20,000 nucleotides of DNA from Chiloscyllium plagiosum (lineage: Eukaryota): positions 948,523 through 968,522 of the forward strand of contig NC_057752.1 in the NCBI RefSeq assembly GCF_004010195.1, read 5' to 3'. How positions within the stretch are numbered: position 1 is the first letter of the stretch; each line of letters opens with the position of its first letter. The position numbers and the translations under genes were made by a program. Shown one piece after another: positions 1 through 10,015 of the stretch. Under the pieces are notes generated by a model. That model saw nothing but the letters and a program-made list of their open reading frames with translations. It made no database searches and had not been told where the DNA came from.

Positions 1-855
1 GGTCAGAGTAATTTTAAAATGAAGTCACAACAAAGACTGGGAGATGGATGAACAGCACATAGTTTGAGCTCAGATATGGGCAAGTAAGTTTTGAATGAGT
101 TGAAATTTATGGACAGCGGATGATGCAAGGTCTGCCAGGAGAACACTGGAATAAGTGCGTCTGAAGGTAATAAAGGCATAAGTAAGGGTTTTCACACAGC
201 TTAGCTGAACATGGGCAGAGATGGATGATATTATAAAGATGGAAGTGAGTGGTCTTTGCGAGTGAAAGAGAATACAAGTCAGAAGCTCATTACAAGCTCA
301 GTGTTGCTGAGATTGTGAACAAGCTGGTTCCACCTCAGACACTGGGCCAGGAGTACGCTATAAACCAGGGCAAGGATACACAGCCTTTGGCAGGGGCCAA
401 AGCTGACGGTTTCAATCTTCCCACTGTTTAGCTGGAAACAACTGCAGCTCATCTCATAATGGATGAGTCCAGCAGCTTGACAACAGATTCAGTGTTGCGG
501 TATGGGGGAAGATGATTCTTGAGGTAATGGCAAGGTTGATCTGGGTCACTGTCAGAACAAATGTGGAACCTGACCTCATGTTTGTGATGGAAAGTGGAGA
601 AAGCTTAGATCCACAGACAATTCTGAGAGCAACAGGGTGGAAACAAGAACAGAATCCATTGTCAAATCAATCTTCTGGCCACGAATGGACAAGCCTGACT
701 GGAGCCAAAGGCAATCCCAATGAGCTGGACAACAGAGGAGGATGGTATTGGTAACGGAGTCTTACAAAGGGGTAAAGGAGAGACAAGGCATCACATCCAA
801 AATGGATGTCATTGGTGACTTCAATACAGGCCATCTTGATGCTGTAGCAGGAGTC
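1..855 (-). mobile_element. Decayed L2-clade LINE ORF2 fragment (RT to C-terminal region)
   Basis: Minus strand 121-186 reads LTYAFITFRRTYSSVLLADLAS, resembling the L2 motif HAFVTSRLDYSNALLAGLP, and is homologous to the plus-strand copy at 7215 (RLDYSNRVLTGLP). Many stops and indels; boundaries approximate. Confidence 0.75.
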
Positions 856-883
856 CGTACGTCTGTGACAGAAGGCACACAAA

Positions 884-1015
884 CATACAAATTAAGAGCA
901 GGAGTAGGCCACTCAGCCCTCAAGCCTGTTATATCATTCAATAAAATCATGTTCAATTTCATTACTCAATATTCCCATCTACCTCCAATAATATTTCATC
1001 TGCTTATCTACCTCT
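884..1015 (-). mobile_element. CR1 LINE 3' tail fragment
   Basis: gagcaggagtaggccactcagccctcaagcctg...cattcaataaaatcatg is the reverse complement of a CR1 3'UTR. Similar segments occur at about 5135-5200 and 18465-18515. Confidence 0.6.
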
Positions 1016-1500
1016 AGTCATGGTGAAGGGATGCATAGGTGGTTTCATCTATCGATAAAGCAAAGGTTTATTGGATAAGTGGCTCTTGCCTTCATGTTCT
1101 CATGTACATAATGCATTGTAAGTAGATCTACCGAAACTTAATACATACCTTCGGATACTGCCTGTGGCAGACCTCAGCAAGATGCATCCCAGTTACCACT
1201 CCTAGGCGTGCAGCCAGTCGCTGGAGCAACAACCCTATAATGGTAGCTGTCAGCAGGATCCAAAGCAGCTGCAGAAAGACAAACCAAGTTGCACACAGTT
1301 CATAATCCCGGTCTCACAGTTTGGAAAATTTTAAGGTTATGTCACACAAACACATTCCTGGGTTCCAGTACTAAGTTTGCATCCTAAATATCACCGGCAC
1401 ACTCTGCAAGCAAAGCACATGGCTTTCTTTCAAGGCTAAAAACCAACAGCACGGAGGTCAGAAGAGGCAATTTGGCACTTCCTCTGGTCTTCAATACAGA

Positions 1501-1609
1501 ATCAACTGAAAGTGAGGTTCCAGATGAAGGACCTTTGCACGAAACGTCAATTCTCCTGCTCCTCGGATGCTGCTTGACCGGCTGAGCTTTTCCAGCACCA
1601 CACTCTCGA
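1501..1609 (+). mobile_element. Penelope-like 3'-end fragment with degenerate hammerhead motif
   Basis: 1518-1609 is homologous to 12988-13085 (..gatgaagg..gaaacgtc..ctgctcctcggatgctgc..cttttccagcacca). Flanked by a near-direct repeat cttcaatacaga (1489-1500) / ctttaatacaga (1610-1621). Confidence 0.7.
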
Positions 1610-2341
1610 CTTTAATACAGAGTGCTAATCAGACCATTTTTGCATAGAGTTTCAAATAAGCATAGTATTTTTTCCAAAAAAATCTTGGATGTACCTTAAA
1701 TCCTGCCACAGCACCAGATTGAAGGTCAGATTCAATGTTTCCTGGATCCAGATATGCAATACTCATCAGAAAGCCAGGCCCAGTGAAGGCCCAGAGCTTC
1801 CGAAAGCTAAATCGAGTCTGACAGGAAAAAGAAAGCCCAGTTACTTAGACACACGACAGCGGAATTTCTCATAGTCTATTCTTATGTCATTTCAATTCAA
1901 AAAGAGAGGATGCAGGATGGGATGTTTAAAATTAAATGACAAAATAAAACTGTGTTTGGCTAACATTCTTCTCCACAGTTGAGGGAGGAGAACGCAAGGA
2001 GAATTCCTTGCCCTTCTTTAAGCAGAAGCTGAATAGGAGAATAAGTCTCTTGTTTCAATGTATGGCAGCACCACCAACAGTGCAGCATAGTAATATGCTG
2101 GAATGCCAATCTAGATGATGTATACAAGTCCAGCAGGGACTTAAATGCACAATCTTGTAAATTAAAAGGTAAGGGTTCTTCCATTAGGCCAAAGCAACAG
2201 CTGTATTAGTACCATATCATCAGATCACACTGAGTAAATAAAGGCGATCGATAGTATTTGTTTGGTCAGCTGGGAAGAATCACAGGACAATGTTCAAGAA
2301 TCTCCAAAGAAATTTGCACCTTCCTGTAAAACATCTGGCAT

Positions 2342-2686
2342 TGATGTGGGGGAGCTGGTCTTGGACTGGGGTGGACAAAGTTAAAAAAAAAATCACAGCA
2401 CCAGGTTATGGTCCAACAAGTTTATTTGGAAGCACTAGCTCAAGAATTGAGTCTGGGCCTTTCCTGGCTTATGTACTTGTGTGGTATACTGACCGTACCC
2501 AGTAAGCTGTTGGAGAAGACGCCACTTTCAAGAATGAAGTACGTATAAAGGATATGAGCACAAAAGAGATCATTGTGAGGATGTAAATTAAACCCTCGTG
2601 TCGGATAAAAGTCCAAAAATATTCGAGCTCCAAAAGCTTCCAAAAAAACCTGTTGGACTGTTACTGGGTGCTGTGTTATTTTTAAC
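2342..2686. mobile_element. Penelope-like hairpin insertion (two inverted 3' ends) whose apex is replaced by captured local DNA
   Basis: Left arm 2342-2440 and right arm 2625-2686 are inverted and homologous to 3524-3674 and 15872-15935. TSD aacatctggcattga (2330-2344) / aacacctggcactga (2684-2698), 13/15 identical. Confidence 0.8.
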
Positions 2687-3245
2687 ACCTGGCACTGAAC
2701 CAGCTCGAACAATAGTGTACCAGAACCGCTTCCTATTCTACCTTTTGGGGAATTGGCTTTCAGGGTGAAAAGCCAAAAAAGATTACCAACACCCTGGAAT
2801 GCTGCGGACCTGCTGGACTCATGGATTGGATGATCAAATTCACTGCAGAGGGCTGACCCCATTTCAAACTTCAGTCACTAGGCATCGCACATTAAACAGA
2901 CTATGACCTCAAGGAAAACAGAAGCAGCATCAGGTCTCGGTTACAAGAATCACAGTAACTGGTTTCATCAAATATTTCACCTGATAGAAAGCACCGTTAA
3001 ACGAAGAACAACAAGAAGCCAGTCAAGAGATCAAGTTACAGAAACAGGGCTTAGCGCAAACATTTTTGGACTTTTACCTGACACGAGGGTTTAATTTACA
3101 TCCTCACAATGATCTCTTTTGTGCTCATATCCTTTATACGTACTTCATTCTTGAAAGTGGCGTCTTCTCCAACAACTTACTGGGTACGGTCAGTATACCA
3201 CGCAACTACATTAGCCAGGAAAGGCCCTGATTCAATCCGTAAGCT
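2437..3245. repeat. Long inverted repeat: arms 2437-2629 and 3053-3245, 423-bp spacer
   Basis: Manual alignment shows no indels. There are 11 mismatches over 2446-2629 vs 3053-3236 (184 bp), and a perfect 95-bp core at 2508-2602 vs 3080-3174. Confidence 0.97.
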
Positions 3246-3523
3246 GATCACAGCCAGGATGGACAAGGTAGATTTGATGTTGATGGCTTTCTTCCGTGGG
3301 TCAAGAGATCATGGCAGAGCACTGGTGTTGTACTTCATGTGACCAGGCCTCACTCATTCAGTTAAAGAGAACATAGGGTGGGATTGGGTTATTTGACTAC
3401 AGGACCAACCAAGGTTCAATCTCAAGTTAACAAGTGATGAATATCACTTTGGTGAAATGGCAGAGGACGACCAATGATGATATGCTCACCTCAGCAAGAG
3501 CTAACACCATCACAGCAGGAACA

Positions 3524-3674
3524 TGATTTGGAGATGCTGGTGTTGGACTGAGGTGTACAAAGTTAAAAATCACAACACCAGGTTATAGGTTTATTTGGAA
3601 GCACTAGCTTTCAGAGCACTCCAAAAGCTAGTGCTTCCAATTAAACCTGGTGTGTGATTTTTAAACTTTGAACA
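3524..3674. mobile_element. Penelope-like hairpin mini-insertion
   Basis: Arms 3554-3616 / 3619-3674 are inverted around ..ggaagcactagctttcagag-ca-ctccaaaagctagtgcttcc.., with an unpaired 30-nt tail at 3524-3553. Perfect 12-bp TSD acagcaggaaca (3512-3523 / 3672-3683). Confidence 0.85.
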
Positions 3675-4351
3675 GCAGGAACAAAGAGCTAGCAAGAAAA
3701 AAAACACAAACACTCTCAAGCATTTTTAAAAAAACTTCTAGCACGCAAGAAAATTCTCACCGAGCTATCATCTGGGATTGGGATCTTCTCATCTAGATAA
3801 GTTTGAGAGTGCTCCTCAGTTGGATCAGGAGATGCTGGAGGAGTGATAGTGCTGTACCTCAAGTGAATGTTTGACGTGCCATCAGATTCTAGCTGTGGTT
3901 CTGAAAACAGAAAGTGATTCAATCACATTGAGACCTGAGCAGTACCATTCATTCAATCAATCAATCAGCAGCCACGCTTTTTCTAATTCCAGGCAATGTG
4001 GATGACATGAGCAAGGGCAGCCTCATTGCCCATCCTCAGGATATGAAGAATCTATTATAAAAGTGTACAATAAGAGCCACATGAAAGCCAGAATTAAGCA
4101 GAACAGGTTCCCTTCCCCAGTGGAAATTTTTAAATATAACCAGGTAATAGCTTTCATCATCCTTCTGGTCAACCAGAAATGAATAAGACCTCATCATGTG
4201 CTGAGATGCTAGTCTAGTACTGCAGCCATGAGGCTGCCAAACAAATGGTTTCCATTCTATCACAAATCAGATACCATGGGATCCACAAGAGGCTTAAACA
4301 ACTGAATTACATATAACCTTTACAACTAGCAGAAACTTTCAGCAGGAGTCA

Positions 4352-4620
4352 ACCGGAGTCCCAGAGTGAAAAAGGAGTGTGATAACCCAGGTGTACTCAT
4401 CCAGTCCCAGACTGAAAGAATATTCTGATAACCCATGTATCAGCCAGCTCCAGAGCAGGAAAGGGCATCGTGATAATCCATTATACCACCTTGTTCCATA
4501 AACTGGAAAGGACAGTAATAACCTACTGTACTCGCCCAATCCTTCAGGAGAGAAGGAAGTGTGATAAACCAGTACACAACCATGGCCCGAGACTATTAAG
4601 TGAGCAATGAGAGATAATCA
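4352..4620. repeat. Degenerate minisatellite, about 45-46 bp unit, 5-6 copies
   Basis: Units start at 4380 (tgataacccag), 4426 (tgataacccat), 4471 (tgataatccat), 4516 (taataacctac) and 4562 (tgataaaccag). Most continue tgtac/tatac..cc..cag..gaaagg-like. Confidence 0.8.
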
Positions 4621-5122
4621 TACCTTCTACGATTGTAAAACAGCCACCTGTCTTTTTTTTTAAAAAACAGGGAACCAAATGTAAAAGAAAACAGAGCTCT
4701 CTTATTATAGATCCATTGTGTGAATTTTCCAGTATCTACAAAACCGATAATACTGGACAGAACTGATGATCTATGCCTGCATTGTAAACATGACCACAAT
4801 CTTGGTGAAGTAGCCATGTTTCTTAGGATGGGCAATTCTAATTTTTAAAAAGACTAATCAGCCAACATCACCCGAGCCACAAACACCACTGTAAAAACCA
4901 CAATCTTCTCCCCCCCGCCCTTTTCTAGAGCAGTTTTTTTGATTAACTAAATCAGACAACAACAATAACTGTTCCTGCCTTTAGGAATTACACAACATAC
5001 GTTTACACTGGATCTCTCACATAGAACATATCCCAAGGTATGGGAGAGAAGAAAAGAAAATTCAACTGAAAAGACAAAGCTTTGAAGAGGATCTTAGCGT
5101 TCGAGAAAGAAGTTGAGAAATT

Positions 5123-5320
5123 TAGACCTGAAGATGTAGGAGAAGAAGTCAGTCAAACCCACCCATCGAGTAAGCTCCGTCATTCAATAAGATCATAGCT
5201 GATCGGATAATCCTCCACTCCACTTTCATGTCCTTTTGCCATAACCCTCGATGCCCTCACCTGATTAAAAATCTGTCTCAGCCTTGGGGAAAAAAAAACT
5301 TAAATGACCCACCCTCAACA
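5123..5320 (-). mobile_element. CR1 LINE 3' tail fragment
   Basis: gtaggagaagaagtc...gctccgtcattcaataagatcatagctgatc; same tail family as 884-1015. Confidence 0.6.
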
Positions 5321-5489
5321 TTTGAGGCAGAAACATTTATGACAGCGATTCCCAAATGCCTTTTTGCTCAGCTCTTTTTGGAGGTTAAAGTGCTCCTTCA
5401 GCATTTTTGTAATAGCGATATTGTAAATATTGTTAGCAATTAAGAAGACTTTTGTTCTTTTAATTGCGTTTCCTTTATGCATTTTCAGG

Positions 5490-6935
5490 CATCATTGGAT
5501 GAGCCAACATTTATCACCCTTCCCTAGCTGCCCTTGAGGTTATAGTGAGCTGCCTTTTTGAAACCACAACAATTCATATGGTGTAGGGCCATCCATTGTG
5601 CGTTTAGGAAAGGAGGTCCAGAATTTCGATCCAGCAAGAGTGAGAGAGTGGCAATACATTTCACAGTAGAGATAATGAGTGGTTGGAGGGGAACCCGAAG
5701 GTGCTGGTGTTTCTGTGTACCTGCTGCTTTTGTCCTTTCCGGGTGGTAGGGGGTCACAGGGTTGGAAGATGCTGTCAAGAGAGCCTTGGTGAGTTCTTGC
5801 AGAGCATTTGGTAGATTTCTCATCCTCCTGTCACAGTGTGTCAGTAGAGGAAGGAGTGAGAGTGTTGAAGATGGTGAATTAAGCTGGTTGATTTGATCTG
5901 GATGGTGTCGAGCTTCTTGAGTGTTGTTGGAGCTGCAGCCATCCAGGCAAGTGGGGAGTGTTCCATCACAATCCTGACTTGTGCCTTGTAGATGGTGGAC
6001 AGGCAGGAGAGACAGGAGGTGAATCACTCACCGCAGGAATCCTAGCCTTTGACCTGCTCTTATCATTATGGTTGGTATAATCCATTTTCTGGTCAATGAT
6101 AGCCCCCAGAATACTGATAGTGTGAAAGTTAACAATAATGATGACTTTGAACATCAAGGGAGTGTTGGATTCTCTCTCACTAGAAATGGTCATTGCATGA
6201 CACTCATGTGCACAAAGGTTATTTGCTATTGATCAACACAATGCTGAATATTGTCAGGTTTTGCCAAACACGGACAAGAGCTGCTTCAGTATCTGAGGAG
6301 TTGTGAATGGTGCTGAACATTGCACAATCATCAGCGAACATCCCCACTAACCTTGTGATGAGGGAAGGTCATTGATGAAGCAGCTGAAGATGGTTTGACC
6401 TCGAACATGACCCTGAAAAACTCCTGCGGAGATGTCCTGGAACTGAGATAATTGACCTTCAACAACCACAGCCATCTTCCTTGGTGTTGGATATGACTTT
6501 CACCAGCAGATTTCCCCAATTCTCATTGGCTTCAATTTTGCTCGGGCTCCTTAATACCACACAGTCAAACGCAGCCTTAATGTCAAGGGCGATCACTCTC
6601 ACCTCACTTCTGAGTTCAGCTGTTGTGTTTGATTTGATTTATTATTATCACATGCACCAAAATACAGTGAAAAGTATTGTTTTGCATGCTATCCAGACAT
6701 ATCATATCTTACATAAGTACATCAGGGTAAGAGAACAGAATGCAGAATATATAGTGTTACAGGTGCAGAGAACCAAGGTTGCAACAAGGTCAGGAGCGGA
6801 GTGGCCCTGATGGAAACTAGACTCAGCATCAGTGAAAAGATTTGTCATAGCACTGTCGACAACACTTCCTATCACTTTGTGATGATTGAGAGGAGAGTGA
6901 CAATGTGGGAATTGGCCAGTGTGAATTTGGGTTTT
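5490..6935 (-). mobile_element. Decayed non-LTR retrotransposon (CR1/L2/Jockey group, exact clade not determined), RT to 3' end
   Basis: Minus frames contain TDAESSFHQGHSAPDLVATLV (RT QxGF region) and LGAIIDQK. YLSSRTSPQEF matches YLSSRTSLQEF in the plus-strand copy at 16895. Interrupted at about 6628-6768. Confidence 0.85.
6628..6768 (-). mobile_element. Nested LINE 3' end with (TCAAA)n tail (Rex1/L2-type)
   Basis: Minus strand ends ...ttttcactgtattttggtgcatgtgataataataaatcaaatcaaa. It splits the host LINE, which resumes at gaaccaagg (about 6770). Confidence 0.6.
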
Positions 6936-7121
6936 AATATGAAGTGCAATCATTCCATTAAAGCTCAGCTATGACATTCCTTAGACCCGCTGTCACTTCA
7001 CTGGATATGCAGTGGAAATTCAGTTATAACACCTAAATCCAGCAAAGCAGATCCAGAAAATTTCCTAAACAGTCACGTTGCTGCTTCCAGGACCCTGTTG
7101 TTTGCAGATCGGCTGCAGATT

Positions 7122-7207
7122 CCTTTTATTACAGCACTGATGACATTTCATTGCTTATAAAGTGACTTTGGATGCCCTGAGGTCCAGATACTACATAAAT
7201 GCAAGTC
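7122..7207 (+). mobile_element. SINE 3' tail (DeuSINE/SacSINE1-like, L2-derived tail)
   Basis: ttcattgcttataaagtgactttggatgccctgagg...tacataaatgcaagtc resembles the L2-type SINE tail. Recognised from memory only. Confidence 0.45.
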
Positions 7208-7211
7208 TGCC

Positions 7212-7692
7212 TTTAGACTGGACTATTCCAATAGAGTCCTGACTGGTCTCCCACATTCTATCCCCTGTAAAGCGGAGGTCATCTAAAACTCTATTGCCCA
7301 TGATTTAACAATCAAGGAGCCCCATCCCTATCACCCTTGTGCTTGCTGACCTACAGTAGCTCCTAGCACAGCAACATCTCAATATTTAAATTCATAGCTT
7401 GTCTTCAAATCCCACCATCTCTAATTCCCTCCAGTCCTACAGCCTTTAAGATACCTAATGCTTCTCTAATTTTCACAACTCTGCCTTCAGCTGCCTGGAC
7501 CCCAGCTTTTAGGATTCCATCCCGAAACCTTTCCACTTTGCTTTCCTCCTTTAAGGCCCTCCTAAAAGCTAAACATTTTGACTGAACTTTGAGTAATCGG
7601 ACCCAATATTTCTTTGGATCGCCTGGTGTTATACTTTGATTTATAACGCTCCTGTGAAGTGCCTTGACACAGTTTATGATGTATAAAGACAC
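7212..7692 (+). mobile_element. Decayed L2 LINE 3' fragment
   Basis: Begins with RLDYSNRVLTGLP (7215), contains cttgctgacctaca (LADLH-like), and ends in the L2-type tail ctcctgtgaagtgccttg...taaag. Confidence 0.75.
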
Positions 7693-8384
7693 ACCGTTTT
7701 TCTTTCAAGGGCATTACTCACAAGGAATGGAGTACAGGTGGGAATCTGAGGACTCCAATAGGGACAGCAATAATGAAAACAGGCTTTGTTTCTGGGACTA
7801 ATCTGAATCAGAGTGTGCAGAGTCCACAATGTGCAGTCACACTTGGTTCGATTCAGCCCATGCAAAGCACACAGGTTGACTGGTTTGGAGCCTGGCTGTG
7901 CTGAAAAAAACCTTTTTAAAATAGAGAAGGACATTAAAAAATAGGAATAACCATCACAAGAAATGATGTTTTTGAGTACTGCAGACAGCAAGGATCAAAG
8001 AATCATCAAGTACAAAGAAGCCCTTCAGCCCATTGAGTCTGCAGTGTAATAAATCCACTACTATCTGCAGGAGTCTCATTTTCCCACACGAGACCCATAG
8101 CCTTGAACGTTATGACAATAGATGTTACAAACTGCTGCTGGTGTTGGGCTTGACATGTTGCCCTTTTGTTTCAGGCTGCATTTGACCTCTTGGCCCACCT
8201 AGATAAGCCAAAGGTACTGTTTACATTGCTGACTTGTGAATTCAGAGAGGAGCCAGGAGCTCAAATTGTGACTTTTAAACAATTGTGCAACTGTTGATGC
8301 TGCTATCAGCTGTGGTTTTAAATCCTCTCTTACCAGAAGGTTTTATCTCCTATATTAAATCACACTTGTAGACAAGTCCCTACT

Positions 8385-10015
8385 CAGGGGACTGGAGAGT
8401 GGCGAATGTTGTGCCCCTGTTCAAAAAAGGGAATAGGGATAACCCCGGGAATTACAGGCCAGTTAGTCTTACTTCGGTGGTAGGCAAAGTAATGGAAAGG
8501 GTACAGAGGGATAGGATTTATGAGTATCTGGAAAGACACTTCTTGATTAGGGACAGCCAGCACGGATTTGAGAGGGGTAGGTCTTGCCTTACAAGTCTTA
8601 TTGAATTCTATGAGGAGGTGACCAAGCATGTGGATGAGGGAAGAGCAGTGGATGTAGTGTACATGGAATTTAGTAAGGCATTTGATAAGGTTCCCCATGG
8701 TAGGCTTATACGGAAAGTCAGGAGGCATGGGATAGAGGGAAATTTGGCCAATTGGATAGAAAACCGGCTAACCGGTCGAAGNNNNNNNNNNNNNNNNNNN
8801 NNNNNNNNNNNNNNNNNNNNNNNNNNNNNNNNNNNNNNNNNNNNNNNNNNNNNNNNNNNNNNNNNNNNNNNNNNNNNNNNNNNNNNNNNNNNNNNNNNNN
8901 NNNNNNNNNNNNNNNNNNNNNNNNNNNNNNNNNNNNNNNNNNNNNNNNNNNNNNNNNNNNNNNNNNNNNNNNNNNNNNNNNNNNNNNNNNNNNNNNNNNN
9001 NNNNNNNNNNNNNNNNNNNNNNNNNNNNNNNNNNNNNNNNNNNNNNNNNNNNNNNNNNNNNNNNNNNNNNNNNNNNNNNNNNNNNNNNNNNNNNNNNNNN
9101 NNNNNNNNNNNNNNNNNNNNNNNNNNNNNNNNNNNNNNNNNNNNNNNNNNNNNNNNNNNNNNNNNNNNNNNNNNNNNNNNNNNNNNNNNNNNNNNNNNNN
9201 NNNNNNNNNNNNNNNNNNNNNNNNNNNNNNNNNNNNNNNNNNNNNNNNNNNNNNNNNNNNNNNNNNNNNNNNNNNNNNNNNNNNNNNNNNNNNNNNNNNN
9301 NNNNNNNNNNNNNNNNNNNNNNNNNNNNNNNNNNNNNNNNNNNNNNNNNNNNNNNNNNNNNNNNNNNNNNNNNNNNNNNNNNNNNNNNNNNNNNNNNNNN
9401 NNNNNNNNNNNNNNNNNNNNNNNNNNNNNNNNNNNNNNNNNNNNNNNNNNNNNNNNNNNNNNNNNNNNNNNNNNNNNNNNNNNNNNNNNNNNNNNNNNNN
9501 NNNNNNNNNNCTGTACAGGACTTTGGTTAGGTCACATTTGGAGTACTGTGTGCAGTTCTGGTCTCCTCATTTTAGGAAAGATGTGGAAGCTTTGGAGATG
9601 TTGCAGAGAAGATTTACCAGGATGTTGCCTGGAATGGAGAATAGGTCGTACGAGGATAGGTTGAGAGTGCTAGGCCTTTTCTCGTTGGAACGGCGAAGGA
9701 TGAGGGGTGACTTGATAGAGGTTTATAAGATGATCAGGGGAATAGATAGAGTAGACAGTCAGAGACTTTTTCCCAGGGTACAACAGAGTGTTACAAGGGG
9801 ACATAAATTTAAGGTGAAGGGTGGAAGGTATTGGGGGGGATGTCAGGGGTAGGTTCTTTACCCAGAGAGTGGTGGGGGCATGGAATGCACTGCCTGTGGG
9901 AGTGGCAGAGTCAGAATCATTGGTGACCTTTAAGCGGCAATTGGATAGGTACAAATGTTCGGCACAACATCGTGGGCCGAAGGGCCCGTTCTGTGCTGTA
10001 TTGTTCTATGTTCTA
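8385..10015 (+). mobile_element. Young 5'-truncated CR1 LINE (shark HER1-like), ORF2 RT region and 3'UTR, non-functional
   Basis: GDWRVANVVPLFKKG..NYRPVSLTSVVGK..SQHGF..SKAFDKVPH lies before the gap and LYRTLVRSHLEYCVQFWSP..LGLFSLERRRMRGDLIEVYK after it. Has a gggccgaagggcc stem and a (TGTTCTA)n tail. TSD ctactcagg at 8380-8388 / 10013-10021. Frameshift at the G run near 9833-9839. Confidence 0.95.
8782..9510. other. Assembly gap (729 N) inside the CR1 element
   Basis: Run of N. The two long ORFs in the track span this gap and are artefacts of it. Confidence 1.

Noticed and set aside
2437..3245. Inverted repeat as the TIRs of a single MITE or DNA transposon
   Set aside because: The spacer contains the right PLE arm and the right copy of the PLE TSD, so the left arm lies inside the PLE and the right arm outside it. 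No TSD flanks the pair.
2440..3342. ORFs 2440..2862 (minus) and 3109..3342 (plus) as genes
   Set aside because: They cross repeat junctions and the inverted duplication, with no recognisable domain or splice support.
4352..4620. CRISPR-like periodic motif
   Set aside because: Vertebrate context, no cas genes, the conserved motif is only about 6-10 bp, and the intervening sequences are mutually homologous. This is a tandem repeat.
8399..9852. 421-aa and 366-aa ORFs in the ORF track
   Set aside because: They span 729 N. The real parts are fragments of one disabled CR1 ORF2.
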